From Candidatus Terrybacteria bacterium RIFCSPHIGHO2_01_FULL_43_35 (GTDB lineage Bacteria > Patescibacteriota > Minisyncoccia > Terrybacterales > GWB1-40-14), in contig MHSR01000013.1 in NCBI GenBank assembly GCA_001822815.1, forward strand, positions 18,808 to 82,807: DNA of 64,000 nt, in the 5' to 3' direction. Below, in pieces: positions 20,728 through 30,256 of this stretch. How positions within the stretch are numbered: the stretch's first letter is position 1; each line of letters starts with the position of its first letter. The notes beneath the pieces were generated by a model. The model did not search any database. It saw only the letters and a program-made list of their open reading frames with translations, and was not told the DNA's origin. The position numbers and the translations under genes were made by a program.

Positions 20728-20799
20728 AACAAATTTTAAATTTCTAATTTCAAATTAATCATCCGCTTTAATAAACGCCCCAGTGCTATATCGGTGTAT

Positions 20800-21183
20800 T
20801 TAAACATAAGATGGTTTGGGTATAATTTCAAAATATTGGGCCAGCAGAATAAGCACAACAATAATTACAAAAATTATGAAATTAACTATTACAGCTACCC
20901 GAAAAGCCTTGAGCCAAAGACGGGGGTTTTTAAAAATGACTTTAAGATATGCCCCCAAAATAACTGCAAGAATAACTAAGGACGCGGCCAAATTCAGGGC
21001 TTTCTGTAAATCATTATGAACCGTGCCTTGCTTATCGGTGAAATCAAAAAGGAACTTGTGTTCTATAAGAAAACCTCTATTGAGATAAAAAAGTGAAGTA
21101 AGAACAAGGGCAAATATTATAAGCTTGTTTTTAATGACGACTTTTTTAAAATAGTCAACAATTTGCTGTAATAATCTAACCAT
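20800..21183 (-). CDS. hypothetical membrane protein
   Basis: Three hydrophobic segments; ATG overlaps the glyQS stop. Confidence 0.7.
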   Translation of the reverse strand: MVRLLQQIVDYFKKVVIKNKLIIFALVLTSLFYLNRGFLIEHKFLFDFTDKQGTVHNDLQKALNLAASLVILAVILGAYLKVIFKNPRLWLKAFRVAVIVNFIIFVIIVVLILLAQYFEIIPKPSYV

Positions 21184-22478
21184 TAAAATTGTTCGGAAAA
21201 ATAACTTATTAGCTCAGAAATAGGTTTCCGTATCTGCTCCATTGTATCACGCATGCGTATGGTTACGGCATTATCTTGCAAGGTGTCAAAGTCTATCGTT
21301 ACGCAGAAAGGCGTACCTATCTCGTCCTGACGACGGTACCTGCGGCCCACGGTTCCGGCCTCATCATATTGTATTAACCAACGACCGCGTAAACTTTCAG
21401 CCACGCCACGGGCTTTTGCAACCACGTCTTCTTTATTTTTAACCAGCGGCAAGATCGCTATTTTTACCGGCGCCACCTTAGGGTTGAAGGAAAAGAAAAC
21501 GCGCTCCTCTCCCTTCACCTCTTCTTTGCGATAAGCGTCTATGAGCGCCACCAACGAGCAACGGTCCACTCCGCCCGAAGTTTCAATAACGTGAGGCATT
21601 GTACTTTCTTTTGTTTCTTCATCAAAAATGCGCATGTCTTGGCCGCTATATTTTGCGTGATTGCTTAAATCCCAATCCCCGCGATTGTGGATACCTTCAA
21701 GCTCTCCCCAACCCCAAGGATATTCATATTCAATATCTGCTGCAGATTTTGCGTAATGTGCTAGCTCGTCTTTTGCGTGGGGATGAAATTTTAACTTATC
21801 TATGCTTATGCCGATCGTCTCATACCAACTCATGCGTTGTTTTTTCCAATATTCAAACCATTCCGTGTCATCTTTGGGATCGTAAAACCACTGCATTTCC
21901 ATTTGCTCAAATTCCCTCATGCGAAAAGTGAACGGCCCAGGGGTTATTTCATTCCGGAAAGCCTTCCCTATCTGAGCGATACCAAACGGTAATTTTTTAC
22001 GACTTGATTGGGCAACAGAAGAAAAATTAACGAAAATGCCTTGCGCGGTTTCGGGACGCAGATACGCTAAACTTGAATCATCTTCAACTGGCCCCAAGTG
22101 AGTGCTGACCAATAAGTTGAATTTCTTGGCTTCGCCAAGCTGGCCGCCACAATCGGGACAAGCCTCACCGGCATGGTCTTTACGCCAACGCTTGTGACAA
22201 GATTTGCATTCGGCAAGCAAATCGGCAAATCCGGCCGAGGTATGACCGGAAGCTTCCCACACTTTTGAGGACATCATTATGGCGGCATCCAACCCAACAA
22301 CATCGTCGCGTTTATAGACCATTTCGCGCCACCATAAACGCTTAATATTGTTCTTCAATTCAACGCCCAGCGGTCCATAATCATAAGAAGACTTAAAGCC
22401 GCCGTAGATTTCCGAAGATGGAAAAATAAAACCACGGTGTTTAGCCAAAGAAATTATTGTTTCTAAATTCATATCCAT
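21183..22478 (-). CDS. glyQS: glycine-tRNA ligase, homodimeric type
   Basis: DYGPLG, LRPETAQG, GKAFRNEITP, REFEQME, GRRYRRQDEIGTP. Confidence 0.96.
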   Translation of the reverse strand: MDMNLETIISLAKHRGFIFPSSEIYGGFKSSYDYGPLGVELKNNIKRLWWREMVYKRDDVVGLDAAIMMSSKVWEASGHTSAGFADLLAECKSCHKRWRKDHAGEACPDCGGQLGEAKKFNLLVSTHLGPVEDDSSLAYLRPETAQGIFVNFSSVAQSSRKKLPFGIAQIGKAFRNEITPGPFTFRMREFEQMEMQWFYDPKDDTEWFEYWKKQRMSWYETIGISIDKLKFHPHAKDELAHYAKSAADIEYEYPWGWGELEGIHNRGDWDLSNHAKYSGQDMRIFDEETKESTMPHVIETSGGVDRCSLVALIDAYRKEEVKGEERVFFSFNPKVAPVKIAILPLVKNKEDVVAKARGVAESLRGRWLIQYDEAGTVGRRYRRQDEIGTPFCVTIDFDTLQDNAVTIRMRDTMEQIRKPISELISYFSEQF

Positions 22479-22561
22479 GTGTGACTTGAATCTATGATTG
22501 TATCTTGCTTAACAAAAATAGCGTCTTAATAATAAAAAGGTGCTCGAGGGCAATGTAATAA

Positions 22562-24262
22562 TTACGGCTGAACCTTGCCGCCTGAAGATGTATCGTCTGG
22601 AAGTTGCGTGGTTACCTCATCTACTTCAAATTCGCGCATTACACTCGTGAAAACATCCCGTCCGGTAACCTTGGCGCTCAAAACCAGCGGCACAAATTTA
22701 TCTATATCTTGAAAGCTGGGTATAAAACTTATCCTGAAGGAGAGTTCTCGTGGTTCACTTTTAATACCGATTCCCGCAGGCAGATCCCCGATGTTCCAGC
22801 GCAACTCGCGAGTGTTTTGATCCCAGATGATGGGTTCGTCTTCCGGGAAAAGTACGGCCACAAAATTTACTTCAGGAGCCAAAACTCCTCGCACGGTAAC
22901 ATTCTGCATGCCATTGGTGCCGCCGATAACATCCCAAACAACCGTATAGGTTGTGGTTTGTCCGACTCGCGGAGGCACGGGACCAGAATTTTGTCCGCCC
23001 GGAGCGTTGTTATACAGCACGCCCTGATTCAATATAAGCTTGCCGTTTATCCTGACCTCGTTGTTGGTGTCACCTAATTTTAATCCTCCGCTTTCGGCGT
23101 AAGAGCGGACGATAAACTTAGGGTTACGATCGTCTAAGGTGTTGAAGGGCGGGTTATTCAATATTCTACCTTGGAATATGAACTCTTTTTGCGCACCGGG
23201 ATTTATTGATCTCAAATCTAAAACCGTCGTTCCGTCAAAAATCCATTTTTCGCTGTCTTGCGATACCGATGTTTCTGTGGCGCGCAAACTGTTTATCTGA
23301 AAATATTTATCTGGTAAGAAGACGGTTAAAACCGTATTTTTAATAACTGTATTCGTGGTGTTGGTAATAAGCACCTTAAGATCAAAAGTCTCGCCAGGGT
23401 CAATTGCGGTGACTGCCGGATTGATAGCGCCCTGGAGGCGCTGGGATATTAAAAGCGATGAAATTGTCGGCCTTATTGTCTGGTTTTCTTCTTTGAAGGT
23501 TTGTATCAATCTTGAATGATCTTCACTTAATTGTCCCACCTTGAGTACGAAATCTCCGCCGGGCGCGCCGGGAGTAAATTTGCCCGTTATTGATATTTCT
23601 CCGGTGCTTACGGGATCAATAGTACCTAAATCCCAAAGACGGTAATTTTCGGAGGTTGTTTCTGGGGTACTGGAAACAAATTCAAACCCTTCTGGCTCAT
23701 CAAGCTGAAGGCCGATATTGGAGATAGGAATCTGCGCTTTGGATTCCCATGAAACTCTAAGGGTAAATTCTTTTCCTGGTGAAGGAACTTCGGGTATAGA
23801 AAGAGCTATATCAATCGGCAAAGACACGATTTTTATAGTTCTAGTTGCCTCTTTGCTGAATCTAAGCGACACAGCTTGCGTGCGGAAAGATAGTTCCGCT
23901 TTGGGCGTTATATCCCCACCGGGCAAAGTCGTGATCACCATACTAAAAGCAAAGGTTTTCTTTTCTCCAGGTGCCAATGCCGCAACACCGTCATTTTTTA
24001 CCCGTATGTTTGGGTCATCAGGGGCTTCGGTGCCGCTTGGATAAATAAAGGCCACGCGTACGTCTTGGAGCGCGGTGTCGGAGTTATTGATAACCACGGC
24101 ATAAATATCATGCTTCTCGCTGGAATCCACCGCCTGCTCGCTGACAATACTGAAGTCTATGCGATCTGTGCTAAAAAAAAGAAGCTGCGAGGCCGTAAAG
24201 GCGCCGCCGATAAACAATGAAACTATGCCTATAATTAATAAGGTTTTTGTCCGAGAGAACAT
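22562..24262 (-). CDS. membrane-anchored beta-sandwich repeat surface protein (DUF11-like)
   Basis: N-terminal TM helix, four beta-rich repeats with W.LG.I.P motifs, GPVPPRVGQTTTYTVVW. Confidence 0.75.
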   Translation of the reverse strand: MFSRTKTLLIIGIVSLFIGGAFTASQLLFFSTDRIDFSIVSEQAVDSSEKHDIYAVVINNSDTALQDVRVAFIYPSGTEAPDDPNIRVKNDGVAALAPGEKKTFAFSMVITTLPGGDITPKAELSFRTQAVSLRFSKEATRTIKIVSLPIDIALSIPEVPSPGKEFTLRVSWESKAQIPISNIGLQLDEPEGFEFVSSTPETTSENYRLWDLGTIDPVSTGEISITGKFTPGAPGGDFVLKVGQLSEDHSRLIQTFKEENQTIRPTISSLLISQRLQGAINPAVTAIDPGETFDLKVLITNTTNTVIKNTVLTVFLPDKYFQINSLRATETSVSQDSEKWIFDGTTVLDLRSINPGAQKEFIFQGRILNNPPFNTLDDRNPKFIVRSYAESGGLKLGDTNNEVRINGKLILNQGVLYNNAPGGQNSGPVPPRVGQTTTYTVVWDVIGGTNGMQNVTVRGVLAPEVNFVAVLFPEDEPIIWDQNTRELRWNIGDLPAGIGIKSEPRELSFRISFIPSFQDIDKFVPLVLSAKVTGRDVFTSVMREFEVDEVTTQLPDDTSSGGKVQP

Positions 24263-24387
24263 GATGGAAGCTAAAAACGTAAAGTGCAAAACGAAAAATA
24301 ACTAAACGCGCGAAACGCTTTTGGCTATGCTTTAATTTTTTCGATATTCTTTTGCGCTTTTCGCTTTAAGCTTTACGCTATTGTAGA

Positions 24388-25149
24388 TTATACCACACGC
24401 TCTAAAAACCATGACACCGCAACTGGATTTGCTTCAACAAAGAAATCTTCTTTAAAAAGAAAGGTTATTAAGACTTTGTCCAAATGCTCGTAAACATGCT
24501 CCGGGATCTGGCCCGATATCCCTTCGTCCATAATGCGTTGAAGCGCGTATAGATCCTCTTTATCCAGTAAACATGAAGACGATTTCTCGCAGGAGCGACA
24601 TAAAATCTCGCCTGAAAAGTTAAAAACCGCACCGTCTTCAAATGATTGTTGGCACTGCGGGCATTTTTCAGATAAAACAAAGACCCCGGACATTTTAAGC
24701 ATTGACCAGAAAAACCTCTGCACGATTACCCAACATTTACGATCGCCTTGCCCGGCTTCAGTTCCAGAAAAAAACTGGGGCTGGGTGATCGCCCGAAAAG
24801 AAGCCAAAATGGTCAAAAACATGCGCTCGTCTTTTTCCGGCTGGACAACCAAAACGTCAATGATAAATGTTAAAAGTGTTGCGGCAAAAATATCTTTATA
24901 GCCAGACTCGCGCGTTATGAATGTCTCGATAGTTTTGGCGCCAGTAAGCAAAAGGTTGTTTTTGCCGCGCACAAAAGATAGTTCAACCAAAGAATAGGGC
25001 TGAAGGTCGGGGCGCAATTTCGCTTCCATCTTGCGTGCGCCTTTAGCCATAAAAGTCATTTTACCGAAAAGTTCAGTGTAGACGGTGGCCAAAATATCCG
25101 CTTCGCCGGATGTTTCGATTTTAATTATTATTGCGCGCGTTGAATCCAT
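24388..25149 (-). CDS. recO: DNA repair protein RecO
   Basis: AIIIK...GEAD...YTELFGK...AKGARK..AKL OB fold and CxxC..CxxC zinc finger. Confidence 0.9.
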   Translation of the reverse strand: MDSTRAIIIKIETSGEADILATVYTELFGKMTFMAKGARKMEAKLRPDLQPYSLVELSFVRGKNNLLLTGAKTIETFITRESGYKDIFAATLLTFIIDVLVVQPEKDERMFLTILASFRAITQPQFFSGTEAGQGDRKCWVIVQRFFWSMLKMSGVFVLSEKCPQCQQSFEDGAVFNFSGEILCRSCEKSSSCLLDKEDLYALQRIMDEGISGQIPEHVYEHLDKVLITFLFKEDFFVEANPVAVSWFLERVV

Positions 25150-25282
25150 AAGAAAAGCGTAAAGTGTAAAACGAAAAGCGCAAAACAACAATGCAAAACT
25201 CAAAATAGATTAGTAAATCTACCGTTACCACTAATTTTCTTATATTTCTATACAAATTGAAAGGCCTCGCGTAGAAGAATTC

Positions 25283-25468
25283 TGTTTTGGTTGAGCGCTG
25301 TAATGGAAGCCGGTTAGCTGGCGGGCGAGTTCGTGAGCGTCATTAAGGCGAAGACCGAATTGGCCGGAACGGCTGTATAAATGGAGGGATCCCTTGCAGA
25401 CGCGAACGAATACGCCCGCCTGATAATTTATTTTCCTTAATACGTGAGCGTTAAGCGAAACCAAAATC
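25283..25468. repeat. structured element directly after the ileS stop codon
   Basis: TTTTGGTT/AACCAAAA ends, inner GGCGGGCG/CGCCCGCC; same ends as 6009-6183. Confidence 0.65.
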
Positions 25469-28400
25469 TTATTTCGTCTTTCTAATCCCAATCCATATTT
25501 TACTGTCGCCAAGTGAAAACTCCCGTTCAATGATAAATGTTTCGTTCTTGCGCTTCTCCCCCGTCTCCACCCGTTTGGCATAAACATCTTCTTTTATTTC
25601 CTGCGCGCGCTCCATAATATCGCGTCCAAAGTTTTCACTGGCCCAAATGCGTAAAGTTATCCTCTCTTTTGGTTTCAAACCGGCATCTTTGCGAGTGTTT
25701 TGTATCTGCCGTACAAGCTCGCGCATGGCGCCAAGCAACATGAGGGTAGGCGTTATGTGTATATTCAGAGCCATACCTTGTTCGGTATCACGAAGCCATT
25801 CTTGCCCATCTGGCAAAGAAGAAAGTATAGCCACGCTGCCAACGTTCATTTCTTCACAAAGAACTCTAAAAAGACCCTTATCTAATTTTTCTTTATTGGC
25901 GACTTTGGCCGTAAGAACCAGGGACGAAAGCGGCTGGCGCACTTTATGTCCGCTTTGAGCCCTTAGTTTAAGCGCAATCTGAATTTTGGCGCGCAAAGCC
26001 TCCATACTTTTTTCAAGTTTGGAATTTTGGGTTTTTTTATTTATTTGAGGCATGCGCTCAAGATGCACCGAAGCCTTAAGCCCCAAGCCCAGCCATAACT
26101 GCTCGGCAACAAACGGAGCAAACGGGGCGGCCAGCAAAGCGGTTTGTTTCAAAACAAAACTAAGAACTTCTGTCACCTGGACAAGCTCTTTTTTATTTTT
26201 GGGATGCTGAAATCTTTCGCGCGAGCGTCTAATATACCAGTTGGACAGGTCATCAATCACAAAAGCGCTTAAAGCACGTGTGGCGGCGGTGATATCATAA
26301 TTATCCATGCGCTTAATAATCTGTTCGCTTGCGGTGGCAAGACGCGATAATATCCATTTATCAAGAATATCGGTTGACGCTGGCGCTTTCGTATTTTTTA
26401 GCGCGCTAGCGGCGTAAAGCTTAAAAAAGGATAGAGAATTCCAGAGCGTACCCAAAAATTTCTGCTGCGCGTCTTTAAGTTCTTCTTCGTTGAAGCGCTT
26501 AGTGTCTGACGGGTGATTCATGGTGTAGAAATACCAACGTACGGCATCGGCCCCGTAAAGATCGGTCATATCCCACGGGCTTATCGCATTGCCCAGAGAC
26601 TTGGACATTTTTTTGCCATTTTTATCTACCACGTGACCGGTCACAACAACATTCTTATACGGCGTGCTTTTGCCGAGCAAAACAGAAACAGCCATGAGGG
26701 TATAAAACCATCCGCGCGTTTGATCTACGGCCTCGCAGATGAAATCAGCCGGGAAAGAAAGAGCTTTTTTATTTCCGCTCTTCTCAACGCGGTTTTTATT
26801 TTCAAAAGGATAATGCCACTGGGCAAAAGGCATGGCACCGGAATCAAACCAGACATCAATTACTTCACTCACCCGTTTCATAGGATGCGCGCACTTTTTA
26901 CACGCAAAAGTCAGGTCATCAACAAAAGGACGGTGCAGATCCAAACGGCCAGTATCGTCTGAAGGCGGCATTGAAGAAAGGATTTTTTCTTCTTTAGCAA
27001 AATCGGGATATGTCAGTTTGGGCGTACCGGCTTTTTTTGTCTTGAGATACGGCTCAACATATTCTTTATCCTCCGCGCCAAGCAAAATACCCTTAAGCAG
27101 CAGTAAGGGATCGCCGTGCCCAACCAACACAATGGTTTTATCGTTATAGATTTTCTCGAGATTCTGTATAAAATAATACATGCGGTTTCTAAGATCGAAC
27201 CAATTTTCGCCATTTAATGGCTTTTTGTGCCAGCGTTCGCCTGGCTTGTGTTCCAGGAAATCGTGATATTCTTTTATCGGCATGCTGTTGAATGCTCCCA
27301 AATCAAACTCGCGCAGTTCTGTTTCTTTTTTGGGCTTGATACCGCACGCTTTCCCCATAATTTCCGCCGTATCATTTGCCCTTTGAAGTGGTGAGGTGAA
27401 AATAATATCTGGTTTGATCCGCGCAATTCTTTTTGCGGCAGCGCGAGCCTGTTTTATACCGCGAGCGGTCAATGGATTACGTTTGTTTTCGGGCCAAGAA
27501 GAAACCCAACCCTGTACATTAGCCCTGGCTTGGGCATGACGAACCAAAATATATTTATTTTTTGTCTGTGAACGGGACAAAAGCTCTTTTATTGAGCCGA
27601 TGACTTCAGTTTGACCACATTGTTCGCATTTCCAAACAGGCAGTGGTATGCCCCAGTAGCGCTCGCGCGATATTGCCCAATCCTTAACTTCGTTCAGCCA
27701 CTCTCCGAATCTACCTCTTTTTATGTGTTCCGGTACCCAATTTACTTTTTCATTAGCTTCGCGGAGCTGTTTGCGCAATGCCGACATGCGTATGAACCAA
27801 CTTTGGCGGGCGTAATAAAGTAGTGGAGTTTTGCATCGCCAACAGAAAGGATAATCGTGAGTATAAAGTTCTTCCTTTAAAATAAGGTTGCGCTGATGTA
27901 AATATGAATTTATCACTATTTCTGCTTCTTTTGATTTGACCGGCAAGCCCGCCAGACCAGCATTAACCGTGTTCAAAAATCTTCCGTCCTCGCCTACTGT
28001 ATGGACTTTCGGCAAGCCAATCTTTGAGCCCAAATTATAATCGTCCTCGCCATACATGACCGCGGTATGAACTACGCCGGTGCCGTCTTCAGTGGTCACG
28101 AAATCGGCGGCATAAACTTTATGACTTTTTTCGTTTTTGGTTTCTGGGATATCAAAAAGGGGTTCATATTCAAGCCCCACTAACCTTGAACCCTTAATTT
28201 CGGCTAAAATATTTAACGGCTCTTTAAATAAACGCGCTGCGGCATCTTTAGCCAAAATATAAACTTCACCGCTGCCAACCTGCGCTTGTACGTAATCTAT
28301 GTCGTTGTTTACAGCCAAAGCCACGTTACCCGGCAAGGTCCAAGGAGTTGTAGTCCAACTTAATATGTAAGTATGTTTTTTGTCTTTTATTCTAAATTTA

Positions 28401-28999
28401 ATATAAACCGAATTTTCGGTGACCGATTCATATCCTTGAGCAACTTCGTGCGAAGCCAAAGCCGTACCACAGCGCGTACAATAAGGCACGACCTTAAAAT
28501 CCTGCTCCAATAATTTTTTATTCCATATCTCTTTTATTATTCGCCAAACGCTTTCTATGTAAGAATTATCGTAAGTAACGTATGGATCTGTAAGATCCAA
28601 CCATAAGCCTATACGCTCGGTTAAGCGCTGCCATTCATCTTTATAGCGCCATACGGATGCTTTGGCTTTCGCGTTAAACTCGGCAATGCCATAATCTTCA
28701 ATTTCTTGCTTGGTTTTGAAGCCCAATTCTTTCTCAACTCCAATTTCAACCGGCAAGCCATGTGTATCCCAACCGGCTTTACGCTCAACCAAAAAACCTT
28801 GCATGGTTTTGTAACGCAAAAAAGCATCTTTGATTGCGCGAACCAAAACATGATGTATACCTGGCTGGCCGTTGGCTGTGGGCGGACCTTCAAAAAAAAC
28901 AAAACGCGGTGCGCGGGCGCGCCTCTTTAAACTTTTGGCAAAGATTTTATTATCTTCCCAATATCTAAGTATTTCTTTTTCTTGTTCGGCAAAGTTCAT
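25469..28999 (-). CDS. ileS: isoleucine-tRNA ligase type 2 with inserted histidine-phosphatase domain
   Basis: EGPPTANG, GWDTHGLPVE, WTTTPWTL, GTGVVH, DQTRGWFY, KMSKS; RHA...HG domain at about 27070-27560. Confidence 0.97.
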   Translation of the reverse strand: MNFAEQEKEILRYWEDNKIFAKSLKRRARAPRFVFFEGPPTANGQPGIHHVLVRAIKDAFLRYKTMQGFLVERKAGWDTHGLPVEIGVEKELGFKTKQEIEDYGIAEFNAKAKASVWRYKDEWQRLTERIGLWLDLTDPYVTYDNSYIESVWRIIKEIWNKKLLEQDFKVVPYCTRCGTALASHEVAQGYESVTENSVYIKFRIKDKKHTYILSWTTTPWTLPGNVALAVNNDIDYVQAQVGSGEVYILAKDAAARLFKEPLNILAEIKGSRLVGLEYEPLFDIPETKNEKSHKVYAADFVTTEDGTGVVHTAVMYGEDDYNLGSKIGLPKVHTVGEDGRFLNTVNAGLAGLPVKSKEAEIVINSYLHQRNLILKEELYTHDYPFCWRCKTPLLYYARQSWFIRMSALRKQLREANEKVNWVPEHIKRGRFGEWLNEVKDWAISRERYWGIPLPVWKCEQCGQTEVIGSIKELLSRSQTKNKYILVRHAQARANVQGWVSSWPENKRNPLTARGIKQARAAAKRIARIKPDIIFTSPLQRANDTAEIMGKACGIKPKKETELREFDLGAFNSMPIKEYHDFLEHKPGERWHKKPLNGENWFDLRNRMYYFIQNLEKIYNDKTIVLVGHGDPLLLLKGILLGAEDKEYVEPYLKTKKAGTPKLTYPDFAKEEKILSSMPPSDDTGRLDLHRPFVDDLTFACKKCAHPMKRVSEVIDVWFDSGAMPFAQWHYPFENKNRVEKSGNKKALSFPADFICEAVDQTRGWFYTLMAVSVLLGKSTPYKNVVVTGHVVDKNGKKMSKSLGNAISPWDMTDLYGADAVRWYFYTMNHPSDTKRFNEEELKDAQQKFLGTLWNSLSFFKLYAASALKNTKAPASTDILDKWILSRLATASEQIIKRMDNYDITAATRALSAFVIDDLSNWYIRRSRERFQHPKNKKELVQVTEVLSFVLKQTALLAAPFAPFVAEQLWLGLGLKASVHLERMPQINKKTQNSKLEKSMEALRAKIQIALKLRAQSGHKVRQPLSSLVLTAKVANKEKLDKGLFRVLCEEMNVGSVAILSSLPDGQEWLRDTEQGMALNIHITPTLMLLGAMRELVRQIQNTRKDAGLKPKERITLRIWASENFGRDIMERAQEIKEDVYAKRVETGEKRKNETFIIEREFSLGDSKIWIGIRKTK

Positions 29000-29032
29000 A
29001 TCAGACCTATTATTGTAATAATTTTACCATAC

Positions 29033-29178
29033 TAGGTAGTAGAAGTTCGACTAAAAATTAGTGGGGTTAAAGAATTGATCAATAAGAGCGTTGGTTTTTA
29101 TCTTTACTGTTAACAGTGAATTATAGCTCAATAACGCGCTGTTCGCACTTGGCGAACGGTCGAACTTTCACTACCTGG
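29033..29178. repeat. palindromic element AGGTAGTAGAAGTTCGAC...GTCGAACTTTCACTACCTGG
   Basis: Imperfect terminal IR around an AT-rich interior with inner hairpins. Confidence 0.7.
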
Positions 29179-29233
29179 CACAGAAAGCAAAAAGCCTGGT
29201 ATTGTCAGGCTTTATTATTAATAGGCTAAATTA

Positions 29234-29824
29234 TTAGTTTCTCCACCCGCTTTTTGGACGAGATTCAATGGTTATAAGATCATCTGGCGCCACAAGATAG
29301 TATGTGGAATAACGCTGAAGATTTGCATTGAAGCTGTATATCGAAACAGAAGTCATCTCTAAAACAGAATCGCTAAAAGAGGTGTTGGCCCAAATAGAAC
29401 GCGGTTGGTGGTGAGTGTAAAAAACTGTTTTGGTTCCGTCTTCATGGATCCAGGTTACGCGCCATTCAAAATCATTTGGATCGCTGGCATCGCCAGAAGC
29501 TGGCTGCTTATTGATCTCAACGCTGTGGGTGGGATCTACATTAATAGTAAGGGTATTGTAAATATTATTTGTAAGCACTACGCCGTTGGCTTCGCGCGCG
29601 TTGGCCAGAACAACTTGCGGGTCTCTACCCTGCACAAAAACCGGTTCGCTATCGGTATAGTAATCAAATGCCTGAACGTTGCCTTGATTGTAATAAACGT
29701 GCCAAGTATATTCTTGGGCGCTAGAATGCTGACCGTCACCTAACTCAATATCTCCTACGCCAGAGGCACATGAAGCCACCAGAAAAGTTAGCGGTATAAC
29801 TAACAAGGCCGCAATCCGTTTCAT
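29234..29824 (-). CDS. lipoprotein with two internal repeats
   Basis: Signal peptide with LVASC lipobox; YTWHVYY...YYTDSEP vs FEWRVTW...FYTHHQP; GGAGG SD. Confidence 0.8.
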   Translation of the reverse strand: MKRIAALLVIPLTFLVASCASGVGDIELGDGQHSSAQEYTWHVYYNQGNVQAFDYYTDSEPVFVQGRDPQVVLANAREANGVVLTNNIYNTLTINVDPTHSVEINKQPASGDASDPNDFEWRVTWIHEDGTKTVFYTHHQPRSIWANTSFSDSVLEMTSVSIYSFNANLQRYSTYYLVAPDDLITIESRPKSGWRN

Positions 29825-29826
29825 TA

Positions 29827-30081
29827 TTACCTTCCTCCTTGCGTTGCGTGCGCCAAATATCTAGGCGCGATTTCGTGGGCAAAAACGACTTCGGGCAATG
29901 CCCTATACTTCTTAATTATTTCTGCAATAAACGCGTCGGGTACAAGGCTTAGCAAATAAAGGTCAGTCGCAATGACAAATTCAAAGGTGGCACCTAAATT
30001 CTTATTAATATCGGTGATGCGATCTAAAGAAGCGGACCGGAGAAACTTAACGGCTATAAACTTATGAGCGCGCAAAGCCAT
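29827..30081 (-). CDS. small protein resembling a stand-alone subtilase propeptide domain
   Basis: AAGGAG SD; pattern IAVKF...I..I...LG...LYLL...I..YRALPEVVFAH. Confidence 0.6.
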   Translation of the reverse strand: MALRAHKFIAVKFLRSASLDRITDINKNLGATFEFVIATDLYLLSLVPDAFIAEIIKKYRALPEVVFAHEIAPRYLAHATQGGR

Positions 30082-30139
30082 ACTCCTTAGCTCTTTGAAA
30101 CCATTGGATTATTGACAAAAAGCTTTAACTAAAATTTAA

Positions 30140-30212
30140 CCCCGCTAGAAGTCGCTGTCAAATGTATAAAAAAATTGCCCAAATTTTTTATACCGAAGAC
30201 TTCTAAGGGGGT
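30140..30212. repeat. CCCGCTAGAAGTC...GACTTCTAAGGGG palindromic element
   Basis: Same family as 19321-19441. Confidence 0.7.
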
Positions 30213-30256
30213 CAATGATTAAAAATGACGAGTATTTATTGATTAACAAAACTGCC

